64,000 nucleotides of DNA from Candidatus Anstonellaceae archaeon (lineage in GTDB: Archaea > Micrarchaeota > Micrarchaeia > Anstonellales > Anstonellaceae). The stretch lies in NCBI GenBank assembly GCA_038891055.1, contig JAWAEU010000005.1, positions 19,330-83,329 of the forward strand. The letters are read 5' to 3'. The translations under genes and the position numbers were made by a program. The notes under the pieces are model-generated. The model ran no database searches and had not been told where the DNA came from. It worked only from the letters and a program-made list of their open reading frames with translations. This document shows, piece by piece, positions 39,250-48,748 of this stretch; position 1 is the first letter of the stretch, and each line of letters begins with the position of its first letter.

Positions 39250-40497
39250 TTAGGAAAATATATCCAAACATTGCTTTTGTTTGTTTTTATCTTCTATATA
39301 ACTACAACCACCAATATCTTTATTGTCCATAGCATATTTTAAGTAACACTTATCCATCCAATTTTGTTTGTCTTCTCCCTTTATTTTAGAGCAAATTTCT
39401 AGATTAGTCAAAGTCCTGTTTGAATTTAAGACATTATTTAGACAATTTGTTCTTGCCTGATAATTCAAATAGTTACAGGCATCTAAATCTAAATTTTCTA
39501 AAGCAGTGTTATAGTAACACTCTAACTTTATTAAACTGCTATATATTTTTTCACAAACACTCCAATTTCCTGTTTTTATAGAATAGTCTCTATAACATCT
39601 ATCTCTGTTTAATTCAGGGTCTGTTTTTGAACAAAAATTATAGTCTTTTGTCTTTATAGCAAATTTTTTTATACAACTATCGGAGTAGGTGGTGCCTGGT
39701 GTTATATACAAACAAAATTCTTTATTTTCGGTATAATAAGCTACAATCTCATAACATCTATCTGAAACAGAAGTTAGATTAGTGTCGTTACACTTATTAT
39801 AATTAGAAGTTGCAAGTGCCTCACAGGCTAAAAATTTTGCAAGTTGGCTCTTATCTATTTTTTCACATTCTTCACTGTTGTTTTTTTGTATAGCATACTC
39901 GAATATGCAATCGCTGTTGTTTTTGCAATATTTTGTGTCATTATACAATTTAGCATAACAGAGATTGGTACTAAATTCATCTTTTTCAAATGTACAGGGA
40001 GGTGATAAATCCTCTAAGCATTTGTTTTTTTTCTTTTCTTGGAGTTTAAAACAATAACTTACGTTATTTGTATTGTAAGCTGCCTTCTCATAACATTCTT
40101 CTCTAAGCAGAGGAGAATTTATTTCATAGCATAGATTTGGCATTTGATTAGAAAATGAAAATAGGCATTTATCTAAATTTTCAATGGAGTAGATCTTTCT
40201 GCAAATCTCTACCTCGTTTTTTTCAATAGCCATGTTTAAATAGCATTCATCTCTTTCCAATACATTCTTTAATTCTTTACATCTATCGTAGGCAATCGGT
40301 AAATTTTTTTCTTGTTCTTTTAATTCTTGAGATTGTTGGATTTGTTTGTCCTCTTTTTGTTGCTCTACTTTTTCTATATCGATTTCTACTTTTTTTATAG
40401 TTTTGTTTGTAGTGCATCCACTAAAAAATAGAGTTAAAAAAATAAAAAATAAAGCCAAAACAAAAAAAACTTTAGTATTTCTCATCGTTTTTCCCAT
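39250..40497 (-). CDS. lipoprotein with about 15 tandem Cys-pair repeat units
   Basis: 415 aa. Signal peptide with the same 'LFFSGC' lipobox as the 10190 gene, followed by repeats of the form C-x(2-3)-[YF]...[ED]-x-C spaced about 25 aa apart (DRCKEL...DECYLN; EICRKIY...DKCLFS; NLCYEIN...EECYEKA; and so on). Confidence 0.5.
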   Translation of the reverse strand: MGKTMRNTKVFFVLALFFIFLTLFFSGCTTNKTIKKVEIDIEKVEQQKEDKQIQQSQELKEQEKNLPIAYDRCKELKNVLERDECYLNMAIEKNEVEICRKIYSIENLDKCLFSFSNQMPNLCYEINSPLLREECYEKAAYNTNNVSYCFKLQEKKKNKCLEDLSPPCTFEKDEFSTNLCYAKLYNDTKYCKNNSDCIFEYAIQKNNSEECEKIDKSQLAKFLACEALATSNYNKCNDTNLTSVSDRCYEIVAYYTENKEFCLYITPGTTYSDSCIKKFAIKTKDYNFCSKTDPELNRDRCYRDYSIKTGNWSVCEKIYSSLIKLECYYNTALENLDLDACNYLNYQARTNCLNNVLNSNRTLTNLEICSKIKGEDKQNWMDKCYLKYAMDNKDIGGCSYIEDKNKQKQCLDIFS

Positions 40498-40570
40498 TAT
40501 TCAAAATATACTTATTATTTATAAATCTTTTTGGAAATTGTTTTTGCAAATTTTTATAATAACTTTTTTA

Positions 40571-40656
40571 TGGAGGGGGTGGGATTTGAACCCACGAACC
40601 CTCTAAGGGACAGGATCCTAAGTCCTGCGCATTTGACCAGGCTTTGCTACCCCTCC
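40571..40656 (-). tRNA. tRNA-Leu (anticodon TAG)
   Basis: 86 nt class-II tRNA: acceptor GGAGGGG/CCCCTCC, 3-bp D-stem, anticodon stem CAGGA/TCCTG with loop CTTAGGA, long variable arm (CCC..GGG stem), T-arm GTGGG-TTCAAAT-CCCAC, discriminator A. Confidence 0.85.
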
Positions 40657-40717
40657 AATTAAACATTATATACTATTTTAAAAGAAATTAAAAAACTAGT
40701 AGGATAAAAAATAAAAA

Positions 40718-40888
40718 ATTAGAAATAAAATTTGTTTATTTCTTAGTTCTCAATTCTCTTCTTTTTGGTCTGAGATAAGGAGAGCCGCATTTGCGACATT
40801 TTTTAACTCCTTTTTTATTTCTAGCTTTACATTTTTTGCAAATAACAATATTTGCTAATAGTGCATCAGCCTCTGGAAATTTTCCCAT
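40718..40888 (-). CDS. rpl40e: 50S ribosomal protein L40e (not in the ORF track; below its size cutoff)
   Basis: Hand translation of the minus strand gives MGKFPEADALLANIVICKKCKARNKKGVKKCRKCGSPYLRPKRRELRTKKINKFYF (56 aa). The C4 zinc ribbon and 'LRPK' match archaeal L40e. The gene sits between tRNA-Leu and tRNA-Thr. Confidence 0.75.
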
Positions 40889-40957
40889 CTAAACACCTAA
40901 TGAAGTATTTTAAATTTGTTGATATTAATAATTATAACTCAATATTTTAAAAAGTAA

Positions 40958-41029
40958 GCCCTCGTAGCTCAGCGGCAGAGCGCTCGCCTTGTAAGCGAGA
41001 GGTCGTGGGTTCAATCCCCACCGGGGGCT
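40958..41029 (+). tRNA. tRNA-Thr (anticodon TGT)
   Basis: 72 nt: acceptor GCCCTCG/CGGGGGC (one G-U), D-arm GCTC-AGCGGCA-GAGC, anticodon stem CTCGC/GCGAG, loop CTTGTAA, T-arm GTGGG-TTCAATC-CCCAC. Confidence 0.85.
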
Positions 41030-41064
41030 CTAATCTTAAAAACTTTTTTCATTAAATATTATTT

Positions 41065-42354
41065 ATGTTTAATTCTAAGAAAATAGCAGCTGTTGCACAG
41101 TTTGGTGGCCCTACTGCAGTAATTAATAGAAGTTTAGTTGGTGCAGTAAATGAATTAAAAAAACACAATTGCATAATTTTAGGTCCAAGATTTGGTATTA
41201 ATGGAGTATTAAAAAATGATTTTTTTAGGTTAGATCTTTTTTCAGATTCAAAATTGGATGGAATTAGAAAAAGCCCAGGTTCTTATTTAGGTACTTCTAA
41301 ATTTAATGTTAATGAGGAGAGCTCTTTTTTAATAGCAGAGAAATTAAAGGAGTTAAACATATCTTACTTCTTTATGATTGGTGGTGATAGTACTGCTTCG
41401 ATTGCTAAAAAAATAAGGCTTGCTGCAAAACAAATAAACTATGATTTAGTGGTTTTTCATATTCCAAAAACTATTGATAATGATGTAATAATAACTGATC
41501 ACACTCCTGGTTTTGGAAGTGCAGCAAGATTAGTTGCAAAAGCATCCTATGGAATAGATCAAGAAAATCGCTCTAGTGGCGGAATATATGGAATGGTTGT
41601 AATGGGGCGAGATTCTGGATTTTTAGCCTATAGTTCTACTCTACTTAGAGAATCTTCTTCTGGGCCAGATTTAGTTTATGGTCCAGAAATAAACTTTAAT
41701 TTAGACTTTTTTTTAAAAGACATTGAAGATGTATATTCTAGAAAAGGAAGAGCATTTTTTGTACTATCTGAGGGGATTAGGTATTATCATTATGAAAATG
41801 GCAAATTAGTTTATGAAAACAATAAAATAAAAACAACTTTAGTTGTTGATGTTGCCAGCGCTGCTTTAAAAAGAGAGGTAGAGATGGAAGAAAATTTTGG
41901 CTCTCCTTCTCTGAGTGCAGGAAGTGATGTTTTGGTATCATATATTACCCAAGTTATTAAAGAAAAATTTGGAAAAATTAGAGTTAGGATAAATAATTTG
42001 GGATATTTGGCAAGGTCCTTTCCTGAGGTATCTGAGATTGACGCAGTGGAAGCAGAGGCTGTAGGTAAAAAAGCTGTAAGATTAGCATTAAGTGGGTATG
42101 AGGAAGGTAGTGTAGCAATAATAAGGGTTGGCCATAGTCATAATTATAGTGTAAAATTAGAATACGTTCCTCTAGATGATATAATTGGTAATATAAAGCA
42201 AGTTCCAAGAGATTGGATAGGTTCTTATGGAAAGGATATTGGAAGCGAATTTTTAAATTATGCAGGGCCTTTAGTTGGGCCAATAGATGGATTTGAAAAC
42301 TTGGATCATCTACTGCCAAAGAATTTTGAATTTGATAAATTCATTAGAGAATAG
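41065..42354 (+). CDS. pfk: 6-phosphofructokinase, PFK-A family (possibly PPi-dependent)
   Basis: 429 aa. 'FFMIGGDSTAS' (GGDGS-equivalent), 'IPKTIDNDV', 'MGRDSGFLA'. Size fits PPi-PFK or group-III PFK. Confidence 0.75.
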   Translation: MFNSKKIAAVAQFGGPTAVINRSLVGAVNELKKHNCIILGPRFGINGVLKNDFFRLDLFSDSKLDGIRKSPGSYLGTSKFNVNEESSFLIAEKLKELNISYFFMIGGDSTASIAKKIRLAAKQINYDLVVFHIPKTIDNDVIITDHTPGFGSAARLVAKASYGIDQENRSSGGIYGMVVMGRDSGFLAYSSTLLRESSSGPDLVYGPEINFNLDFFLKDIEDVYSRKGRAFFVLSEGIRYYHYENGKLVYENNKIKTTLVVDVASAALKREVEMEENFGSPSLSAGSDVLVSYITQVIKEKFGKIRVRINNLGYLARSFPEVSEIDAVEAEAVGKKAVRLALSGYEEGSVAIIRVGHSHNYSVKLEYVPLDDIIGNIKQVPRDWIGSYGKDIGSEFLNYAGPLVGPIDGFENLDHLLPKNFEFDKFIRE

Positions 42355-42363
42355 AGATCGAAT

Positions 42364-42714
42364 ATGATTAATTGTTTTACACTTTCAGCAAAAGATGGTT
42401 GGATAAGCTTTGAATCTTATAAGGACAAAGAGTATGTGACATTTTATAGAAGGTTAAAACCCTCCAGATTATCCGAGACCTTAATTTTCAAAAATTCTAT
42501 AAAAAATAAAAAGTGTGAGGTATTTTTTTTCGTCAGTTATGGTGAGGTTGACTTTTTTAAAACAAAATTATGCTCAATCACTAAAAAAAATTTTGCGAGA
42601 CTAAAAAACAAAATTTTCGAGTACTCTAATAAATTTTCTCTTAAAAAAACATCTAAATTTTATTCAAATATTTTATTGAAATATGAGAAAGTACTTTTTA
42701 ATAAATTTATCTAA
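42364..42714 (+). CDS. hypothetical protein (candidate accessory gene of the RM locus)
   Basis: 116 aa with no motif, co-directional and immediately upstream of the Mod/Res pair. Confidence 0.3.
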   Translation: MINCFTLSAKDGWISFESYKDKEYVTFYRRLKPSRLSETLIFKNSIKNKKCEVFFFVSYGEVDFFKTKLCSITKKNFARLKNKIFEYSNKFSLKKTSKFYSNILLKYEKVLFNKFI

Positions 42715-42768
42715 AAACAAAAGTTGATTATTTAAATTTTTTTGTTATAAATTTTTTGAGGTGAAAAA

Positions 42769-43224
42769 ATGTTCGATGAGTCAAAGGATCAGGCTGTCTT
42801 TGTTGTCAAACACAAAGATTGGATTGTAATAAAAAAACTTTTAATTGATGAAAAGGTTTCTAGTCAGGAAATTGGCTTGTTATTATCATCTATTCAAAAA
42901 TCTATTTTTGAAAAATCTTATTTTTATTTTGATATTGAGGTAAATAAAATTCGACAATTAGCAAAAAAATTTGTTGCAACTAAAAGAAAGAGCATCGGGG
43001 CTGTGGGAGAAATTTTTTCTTCACTAAAAGTAGGAGAATTAAAAAAAGAGCTTGAGGGCTGTTGTAAAAAGCCTGATCACTATCCACTAGCAGAGCAATT
43101 TTTTGTTTTAGCTGTTTTAGATGAACTGGGGTTTAATCCTTATCCAAATTTAGAAGTTATTCAAAAGCTCTATCCAGAATTAAAAATTCCAAAACCAAAA
43201 GGAAATTTTGGAAAGAAAAAATAA
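42769..43224 (+). CDS. hypothetical protein (candidate accessory gene of the RM locus)
   Basis: 151 aa with no motif, co-directional; ends 51 nt before the mod start. Confidence 0.3.
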   Translation: MFDESKDQAVFVVKHKDWIVIKKLLIDEKVSSQEIGLLLSSIQKSIFEKSYFYFDIEVNKIRQLAKKFVATKRKSIGAVGEIFSSLKVGELKKELEGCCKKPDHYPLAEQFFVLAVLDELGFNPYPNLEVIQKLYPELKIPKPKGNFGKKK

Positions 43225-43275
43225 GCAAAAATTCAAAGGGGAAAATTTATAATTTCTAAAGATTTTTAATAGGTT

Positions 43276-45648
43276 ATGGAACAAAATTCTGAAAGTTATG
43301 AGAAAAAATTTTATCAAGCACTACAAGATGTTTTTATAGGAGCAAAGATTGAAGGTAAGGGCGGCTTTATTAATTTGATGAAAATAAAATCAAATTATTA
43401 CAAAAAAATAGAAAAACTACTTAAAGATGATATAGAAAAAGCTTTAGAGAAATATCCATCATTTAGAGATGAACTTTTTGATAAACTTTATGATTTTTTT
43501 AATAAATATTTTACAGAAAGTGGTTCAATCTATTTTAATTCAACTCCATTTCACAATAACATTTATGAAAAAGTTTATACTGATGACAAAGATGTCATAT
43601 TATTTTGGAAAACTCATATGCTCTATTATGTTAAAACAGATAGAATTTTTAGAAGTTTACCAGTTGAATTTGATAATCTTAAATTTTATTTTGATGCAAC
43701 AGAGATAGAAAACAAAAAAGCAAATGAAAAAAGAAGTTTAATATATGAACTTAAAGAGATAAAAGAAGATAAAACTATAGTCTTTAGAGTTATCTACTCT
43801 GAAAAAGGAAGAATAACAAAGACTGAAGATATACTAAAAGAATTAAAGAAAAAACAGCTAAACATTACTGAAGAGCAATTAGAAAGAGCATTTAGAACAT
43901 TTGAAAAGCAAAGTGAGGTAGATTTTTTTATAAACAAAAATGCCAAAGCATTTTTGCAAGAGCAATTTAAACTCTGGAGTTATCAATATTTTTGGGATGG
44001 GGCAAAAGAATGGACAGCAGATAGAATTAATCAATTACAAATTTTAAAAGATATTGCTTTCAAAATTATTGATTTTATTTCACAATTTGAAGATGAATTA
44101 GTAAAAATATGGAACAAGCCAAAGTTTGTTAAAAATTCAAATTATGTAATAAGTTTGAAAACATTAAAGTCTATCCTTCCAAATAAAGATTATGAATTTT
44201 ATCTTGATTTGGTTAAAAAGAAGTTGTTGGAATCAGTTGAGTATCAACAAGATATCAAAAATACGATTTCCGAGGTTTATAGAGATAATGTAGCAGGAAT
44301 TTTTGTAAAAAATGTACAATTTAATCAAAACAGTATTTCTATTTCTTACCAAAAAAGAAAAAAACAAGGTAATGGGTATGTAAATTTGGTGGGAGATGAT
44401 ACTAATAGGCCAAAGCTAATTAGCTATGAATCGATTTATATTGATACGAAGTATTTTGATGAAAAATTTAAGTTGCAATTATTGGGCAGTATTTCTCGTA
44501 ATAATTCTTTAGACCAATTATTAGATGGTTTATTGATTAAAAGTGAAAGCTGGCAAGTATTAAACTCCTTAAAAGAAAAATACAAGAATCAAATAGATCT
44601 AATTTATATTGACCCCCCATTTAATACTCAAGAAAGTGGTTTTTTGTATGAAGATAAATTTTTAGACAGTAGTTGGCTTTCTTTAATGAATGACAGAATC
44701 AAAGATTCTTTAATATTCTTAAAAAGAGGAGGTAATTTCTGCCTTCATCTTGATGAGAATGCTGATTATTATGGCAGGTTGTTACTAGATAGTAATGGAC
44801 TAGTATTTCAAAGAGAACTAATTTGGAATGTTACTGCTGTGGCATACAGCGAAAAAAAGAAGAAATGGATAAGAAGCCACGATGTAATTTTATATGCATC
44901 TAATGAAGATGACCCGTTAATATTTAACCCGATACGATTAAATAATAACGAATGGGATGTTAAAAAAATGGGAAGCATACTTGGAGGAAAGGGAGATGAC
45001 ATTATTACTACAAAGTATACTCACTTCAATAGAAACGAAAATATTCAAGATTTTAGTACACAAAAAACAGAAAGTTTATTAGCAAGAATTATTAAAGTGC
45101 TCTCAAATAAGGGAGGTATTGTTTTTGATTATTTTGCAGGAACTGGCACAACACTTGCTGCTGCACATAAATTAGGTAGAAAATGGATTGGTGTTGAGAT
45201 GGCAGAATATTTTGAATCCATTACTTTACCACGTATGAAAAAAGTAATCTGGGGAGATCGGTATGGCATTTCTCCAGATGTTAATTGGCAAGGTGGAGGA
45301 TTTTTCAAATACTACGAACTTGAGCAATATGAGGAAGCATTAGCAAATTGCAAATATGAAGATGGAGATCCATTTATTAAAATAGGGGAAAATCCTTATG
45401 AAGAATATGTTTTTATGAAAGATGAAAAGATGCTCAGAGCACTTGAAATTGATTATAAGAATAATAAAGTCAAAGTAGATTTATCAAAACTTTATCCAAA
45501 CATTGATATTGCTGAAACTCTATCTAATCTAACTGGAAAGTGGATCAAAAAAATTAGCAAAGATGAAGTTGAATTTGAAGATGGAACAAAAATAAATATT
45601 AAAGATTTAGATTACAAATTAATCAAACCTCTAATATGGTGGGAGTAG
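43276..45648 (+). CDS. mod: Type III-like DNA methyltransferase Mod (beta-class, adenine-N6/cytosine-N4) with long N-terminal extension
   Basis: 790 aa. Motif IV 'IYIDPPFNT' near aa 440 precedes motif I 'VFDYFAGTGTTLAAA' near aa 615, which is the beta-class order. About 430 aa of unassigned sequence lie upstream of motif IV. Confidence 0.8.
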   Translation: MEQNSESYEKKFYQALQDVFIGAKIEGKGGFINLMKIKSNYYKKIEKLLKDDIEKALEKYPSFRDELFDKLYDFFNKYFTESGSIYFNSTPFHNNIYEKVYTDDKDVILFWKTHMLYYVKTDRIFRSLPVEFDNLKFYFDATEIENKKANEKRSLIYELKEIKEDKTIVFRVIYSEKGRITKTEDILKELKKKQLNITEEQLERAFRTFEKQSEVDFFINKNAKAFLQEQFKLWSYQYFWDGAKEWTADRINQLQILKDIAFKIIDFISQFEDELVKIWNKPKFVKNSNYVISLKTLKSILPNKDYEFYLDLVKKKLLESVEYQQDIKNTISEVYRDNVAGIFVKNVQFNQNSISISYQKRKKQGNGYVNLVGDDTNRPKLISYESIYIDTKYFDEKFKLQLLGSISRNNSLDQLLDGLLIKSESWQVLNSLKEKYKNQIDLIYIDPPFNTQESGFLYEDKFLDSSWLSLMNDRIKDSLIFLKRGGNFCLHLDENADYYGRLLLDSNGLVFQRELIWNVTAVAYSEKKKKWIRSHDVILYASNEDDPLIFNPIRLNNNEWDVKKMGSILGGKGDDIITTKYTHFNRNENIQDFSTQKTESLLARIIKVLSNKGGIVFDYFAGTGTTLAAAHKLGRKWIGVEMAEYFESITLPRMKKVIWGDRYGISPDVNWQGGGFFKYYELEQYEEALANCKYEDGDPFIKIGENPYEEYVFMKDEKMLRALEIDYKNNKVKVDLSKLYPNIDIAETLSNLTGKWIKKISKDEVEFEDGTKINIKDLDYKLIKPLIWWE

Positions 45649-48636
45649 ATGGATAATAGGCAATATCTTAGAGAAATTGTAGAAAATATAAATTTTGAGG
45701 AGCTTCCGCCACAGTGGAACCAATTTGATCTTGTAAAATTTTCTCATAAAAAAAAGTTATTTGAATTTCAGCAGCAAGCTCTAAAAAATTGCCTCAAAGC
45801 CCTATACTTTTATTTTAAACAAAAAAATTCCAACAAATCAGAATTATTTAATCACTATAAACTAATCGGATTAACTCAAGATCTTGATTTTAACTTATCA
45901 AACAACAAGTTAGCGATTTTATCCAATTATTACCCTTCAGAGGATTCAAAAATTTCTTTTGAACACTTTATTAACAGAATGAGCTTTTGGATGGCAACAG
46001 GCTCTGGTAAAACGTTAGTTATTGTTAAGTTAATAGAAATCTTAGGAAAATTAATTAGTAGCAAAGAATTACCACAAGGCAATATTCTTTTTTTGTCATA
46101 CAGAGAGGATCTCATAGAACAATTTAAAGCCCATGTAGCTGAATTTAATTCTTATAATTTTGATACAAAAATAAATCTAATTGATCTAAAAAGCTATGAT
46201 GGAATAATGAGATACTCTGGAGATTTGATTTTAAAAAAAGATGAGATCAACATATTTTATTATCGCTCAGATCTAATCTCAGATGAACAAAAAGACAAAA
46301 TAATAGATTTTAGAAATTATGATAATAATGGTAAGTGGTATATTATATTAGATGAGGCTCATAAAGGTGATAGGGAAGATAGTAAAAGACAAATGCTCTA
46401 TTCAATCCTTTCAAGAAATGGCTTTTTATTTAACTTTTCTGCTACTTTTACAGATCCAAGAGATTATGTAACTTGTGTTTTTAATTTTAATCTTTCTGAA
46501 TTTGTAAAACAAGGTTATGGCAAGCATATTTGTCTTTCAAGCCTTGATGTAGATGCATTTAAAGACAAAAGCGATTTTTCTACTATCGAAAAACAAAAAA
46601 TAGTGCTAAAAACAATTTTACTTTTTATTTATATCAAAAAGTATTGGGAGGAAATTAATAGCTACAACCAAAAACTCTATCATCGTCCTCTATTAGTAAC
46701 TTTGGTTAACTCTGTAGATACAGAAGATTCTGATCTAGAACTATTTTTTAGAGAAGTAGTAAAAATAGCAAAAAATGAAATTAAAGAAGAATTTTTGGAA
46801 AGTGTAAAAAAAGAACTCATAAATGATATCCTTGATTATGAATTTAAATTTGAGGATTTAACTATTAATATAGATGAAGCTAAAATTTCAAGTATTGACT
46901 ACAGGGATATTTTAAAATATTTTTTTAATGCTAAATCTTCTTCTACCATTGAAGTGTTGAAAATTCCAAAGAATAAACAAGAGCTTATCTTTAAACTTAA
47001 ATCTACCGACTCTCCATTTGCTTTAATAAAGATAGGCGATATTTCCAATTGGTTAAAAGAAAAATTAAAAGATTACGAAATAATTGAAACATTTGACAAT
47101 GAGAGTTATTTTAAAAGAATAAACAATGATGACTCACTTTTAAATCTTTTGGCAGGCTCTCGTGCTTTTTATGAAGGATGGGATTCAAATAGGCCCAATA
47201 TTTTATTATTTTTAAATATAGGTTTAAAAGATGCAAAAATATTTGTTTTGCAATCAATAGGCAGGGGAGTTAGAATAGAGCCTAAAAAAGATCTTAGAAA
47301 GAGACTTCAAAACTTGTTTAATGAAAATTTAATAGAAAAAGAGCTTTTTGAAAAAATTAAAGACAAGGTTTTATTTTTAGAAACACTCTTTGTTTTTGGA
47401 ACTAAAGCAAAAAATTTAGAACAAATAATAAATACTCTAAATGATCAAGTAACTGAATTGAATTTAGGCAAATCATTTATTATAAATCCAAAAATAGAAA
47501 ACAAGCCCCTTTTAGTCCCAGTGTATGGAGAATCAAAATATCTTTTTGAATCTTTTGAAGGCAACTCAGATACTCTCACTCTTCCAATAAGTTCCAGAGA
47601 ATTTGAGTTAGCTTTAGATTTTTATAATTTCTTAACACAAAACAATGATAATAAAATAATTTTAGTTAAGTACGATATAGAGCCAGTGATTTTATTAAAA
47701 TTAAATGAAATTTTTGAAAAAAGAAATTATAGATTTTCTGATTCCCAGACTATTTCTAAATTAGCTCCTCATTTAATAATTAGAAAAATCGTAGATTTTC
47801 TAAAAACAAAACATAAAGATTTAGAAAAATTTGAAAAATTAGAAAAAGATAAATTTATAGTTCATTTTAAAAACATTTCTTTTAGAATAAGTGGACTTAA
47901 TAATTACAAGTCTATTTTTTCTGAACTTGAACAAAAAATTCAAACAATAAAAAATAAACCATCTATCGAAAAAGAATTAGATCAGTTATTTAAAAATAAA
48001 AAGCGTGAAGAATATGATAAAAAACGAGAATTACTTATAAATGCCCAAAACTTCGAATTTGAAGGAAAGAAAATAAAAATAAAATATCTATTAAACCATT
48101 ACTATTTGCCAATCCTTTTACCAGAGAGCGAAAAAACAGAATATTTGTCTCATGTTATTAATGTGAAGAGTGAAATTGATTTTATTAAAGAACTTGAGGA
48201 GTATATTCAAAAAACAAGCTCAAAAGAAAGTTTTTTTTCTTCCGCTGAGTGGTGGTTTTTCTCAAAAATAGATGAGCATCTTGATGATGTCTATATTCCT
48301 TACTATGATGGTGAAGGTGGAAAAATTGCAAATTTTAAGCCAGATTTTATTTTCTGGGCAAAAAAAGGAAAAAAGTATGTTATCTTTTTTGTTGACCCAA
48401 AAAGTACAGAATTTACTAAAGCATTCAAAAAGATAGAAGGCTACTGTCGTATTTTTGAAACACAAAACCAAGGAAAAAAACAACCGAAAATTTTTTCATT
48501 TGATAATTTAGAAATAGTAGTAAAATTATTTTTCTGGTCTAAAAATAAAAATATCCTTTCAAATTATTCAGATTATTTGGTTAGTTCAGTCGAGGAATTA
48601 GACAAAAAGCTTGCCTCTACTATAAACCAAGCATAA
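45649..48636 (+). CDS. res: Type III restriction enzyme Res-like SF2 DEAH helicase with C-terminal PD-(D/E)xK nuclease
   Basis: 995 aa. Q-motif 'FEFQQQAL', Walker A 'MATGSGKT', 'ILDEAHKGD' (DEAH), motif III 'NFSATF', C-terminal 'FKPDFIFW...FFVDPKS'. Its start codon overlaps the mod stop. Confidence 0.8.
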   Translation: MDNRQYLREIVENINFEELPPQWNQFDLVKFSHKKKLFEFQQQALKNCLKALYFYFKQKNSNKSELFNHYKLIGLTQDLDFNLSNNKLAILSNYYPSEDSKISFEHFINRMSFWMATGSGKTLVIVKLIEILGKLISSKELPQGNILFLSYREDLIEQFKAHVAEFNSYNFDTKINLIDLKSYDGIMRYSGDLILKKDEINIFYYRSDLISDEQKDKIIDFRNYDNNGKWYIILDEAHKGDREDSKRQMLYSILSRNGFLFNFSATFTDPRDYVTCVFNFNLSEFVKQGYGKHICLSSLDVDAFKDKSDFSTIEKQKIVLKTILLFIYIKKYWEEINSYNQKLYHRPLLVTLVNSVDTEDSDLELFFREVVKIAKNEIKEEFLESVKKELINDILDYEFKFEDLTINIDEAKISSIDYRDILKYFFNAKSSSTIEVLKIPKNKQELIFKLKSTDSPFALIKIGDISNWLKEKLKDYEIIETFDNESYFKRINNDDSLLNLLAGSRAFYEGWDSNRPNILLFLNIGLKDAKIFVLQSIGRGVRIEPKKDLRKRLQNLFNENLIEKELFEKIKDKVLFLETLFVFGTKAKNLEQIINTLNDQVTELNLGKSFIINPKIENKPLLVPVYGESKYLFESFEGNSDTLTLPISSREFELALDFYNFLTQNNDNKIILVKYDIEPVILLKLNEIFEKRNYRFSDSQTISKLAPHLIIRKIVDFLKTKHKDLEKFEKLEKDKFIVHFKNISFRISGLNNYKSIFSELEQKIQTIKNKPSIEKELDQLFKNKKREEYDKKRELLINAQNFEFEGKKIKIKYLLNHYYLPILLPESEKTEYLSHVINVKSEIDFIKELEEYIQKTSSKESFFSSAEWWFFSKIDEHLDDVYIPYYDGEGGKIANFKPDFIFWAKKGKKYVIFFVDPKSTEFTKAFKKIEGYCRIFETQNQGKKQPKIFSFDNLEIVVKLFFWSKNKNILSNYSDYLVSSVEELDKKLASTINQA

Positions 48637-48699
48637 GCTTTATAAACTAAAGCGTTCTAAATCATTTTATATTTGGTTAGTCAATCACATATGAACTGC

Positions 48700-48742
48700 G
48701 GCATTGTTTTTAATTATTCGTGCTAAAAAATAATTAGGAGGT
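48700..48742 (+). promoter_or_regulatory. putative archaeal promoter (A/T-rich BRE/TATA-like boxes) plus Shine-Dalgarno GGAGGT for tuf
   Basis: 'TTTTAATTATT' and 'AAAAAATAATTA' lie upstream, and GGAGGT sits 6-7 nt before the ATG at 48749. GGAGG-like SD sequences precede many genes here (copA, bcp, 29537 and others). Confidence 0.3.
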
Positions 48743-48748
48743 TTTAGT

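Noticed and set aside
40498-41064. Possible SRP RNA / RNase P RNA in the tRNA-rich spacer
   Set aside because: After assigning tRNA-Leu, L40e and tRNA-Thr, no segment long and GC-rich enough remains, and no conserved SRP helix-8 or RNase P P4 motifs were seen.
48637-48748. Possible att site or integrase remnant flanking the RM island
   Set aside because: No integrase or recombinase ORF, and no direct repeat matching the 3' ends of the nearby tRNA-Thr/Leu, could be identified by eye. The island boundary remains inferential.
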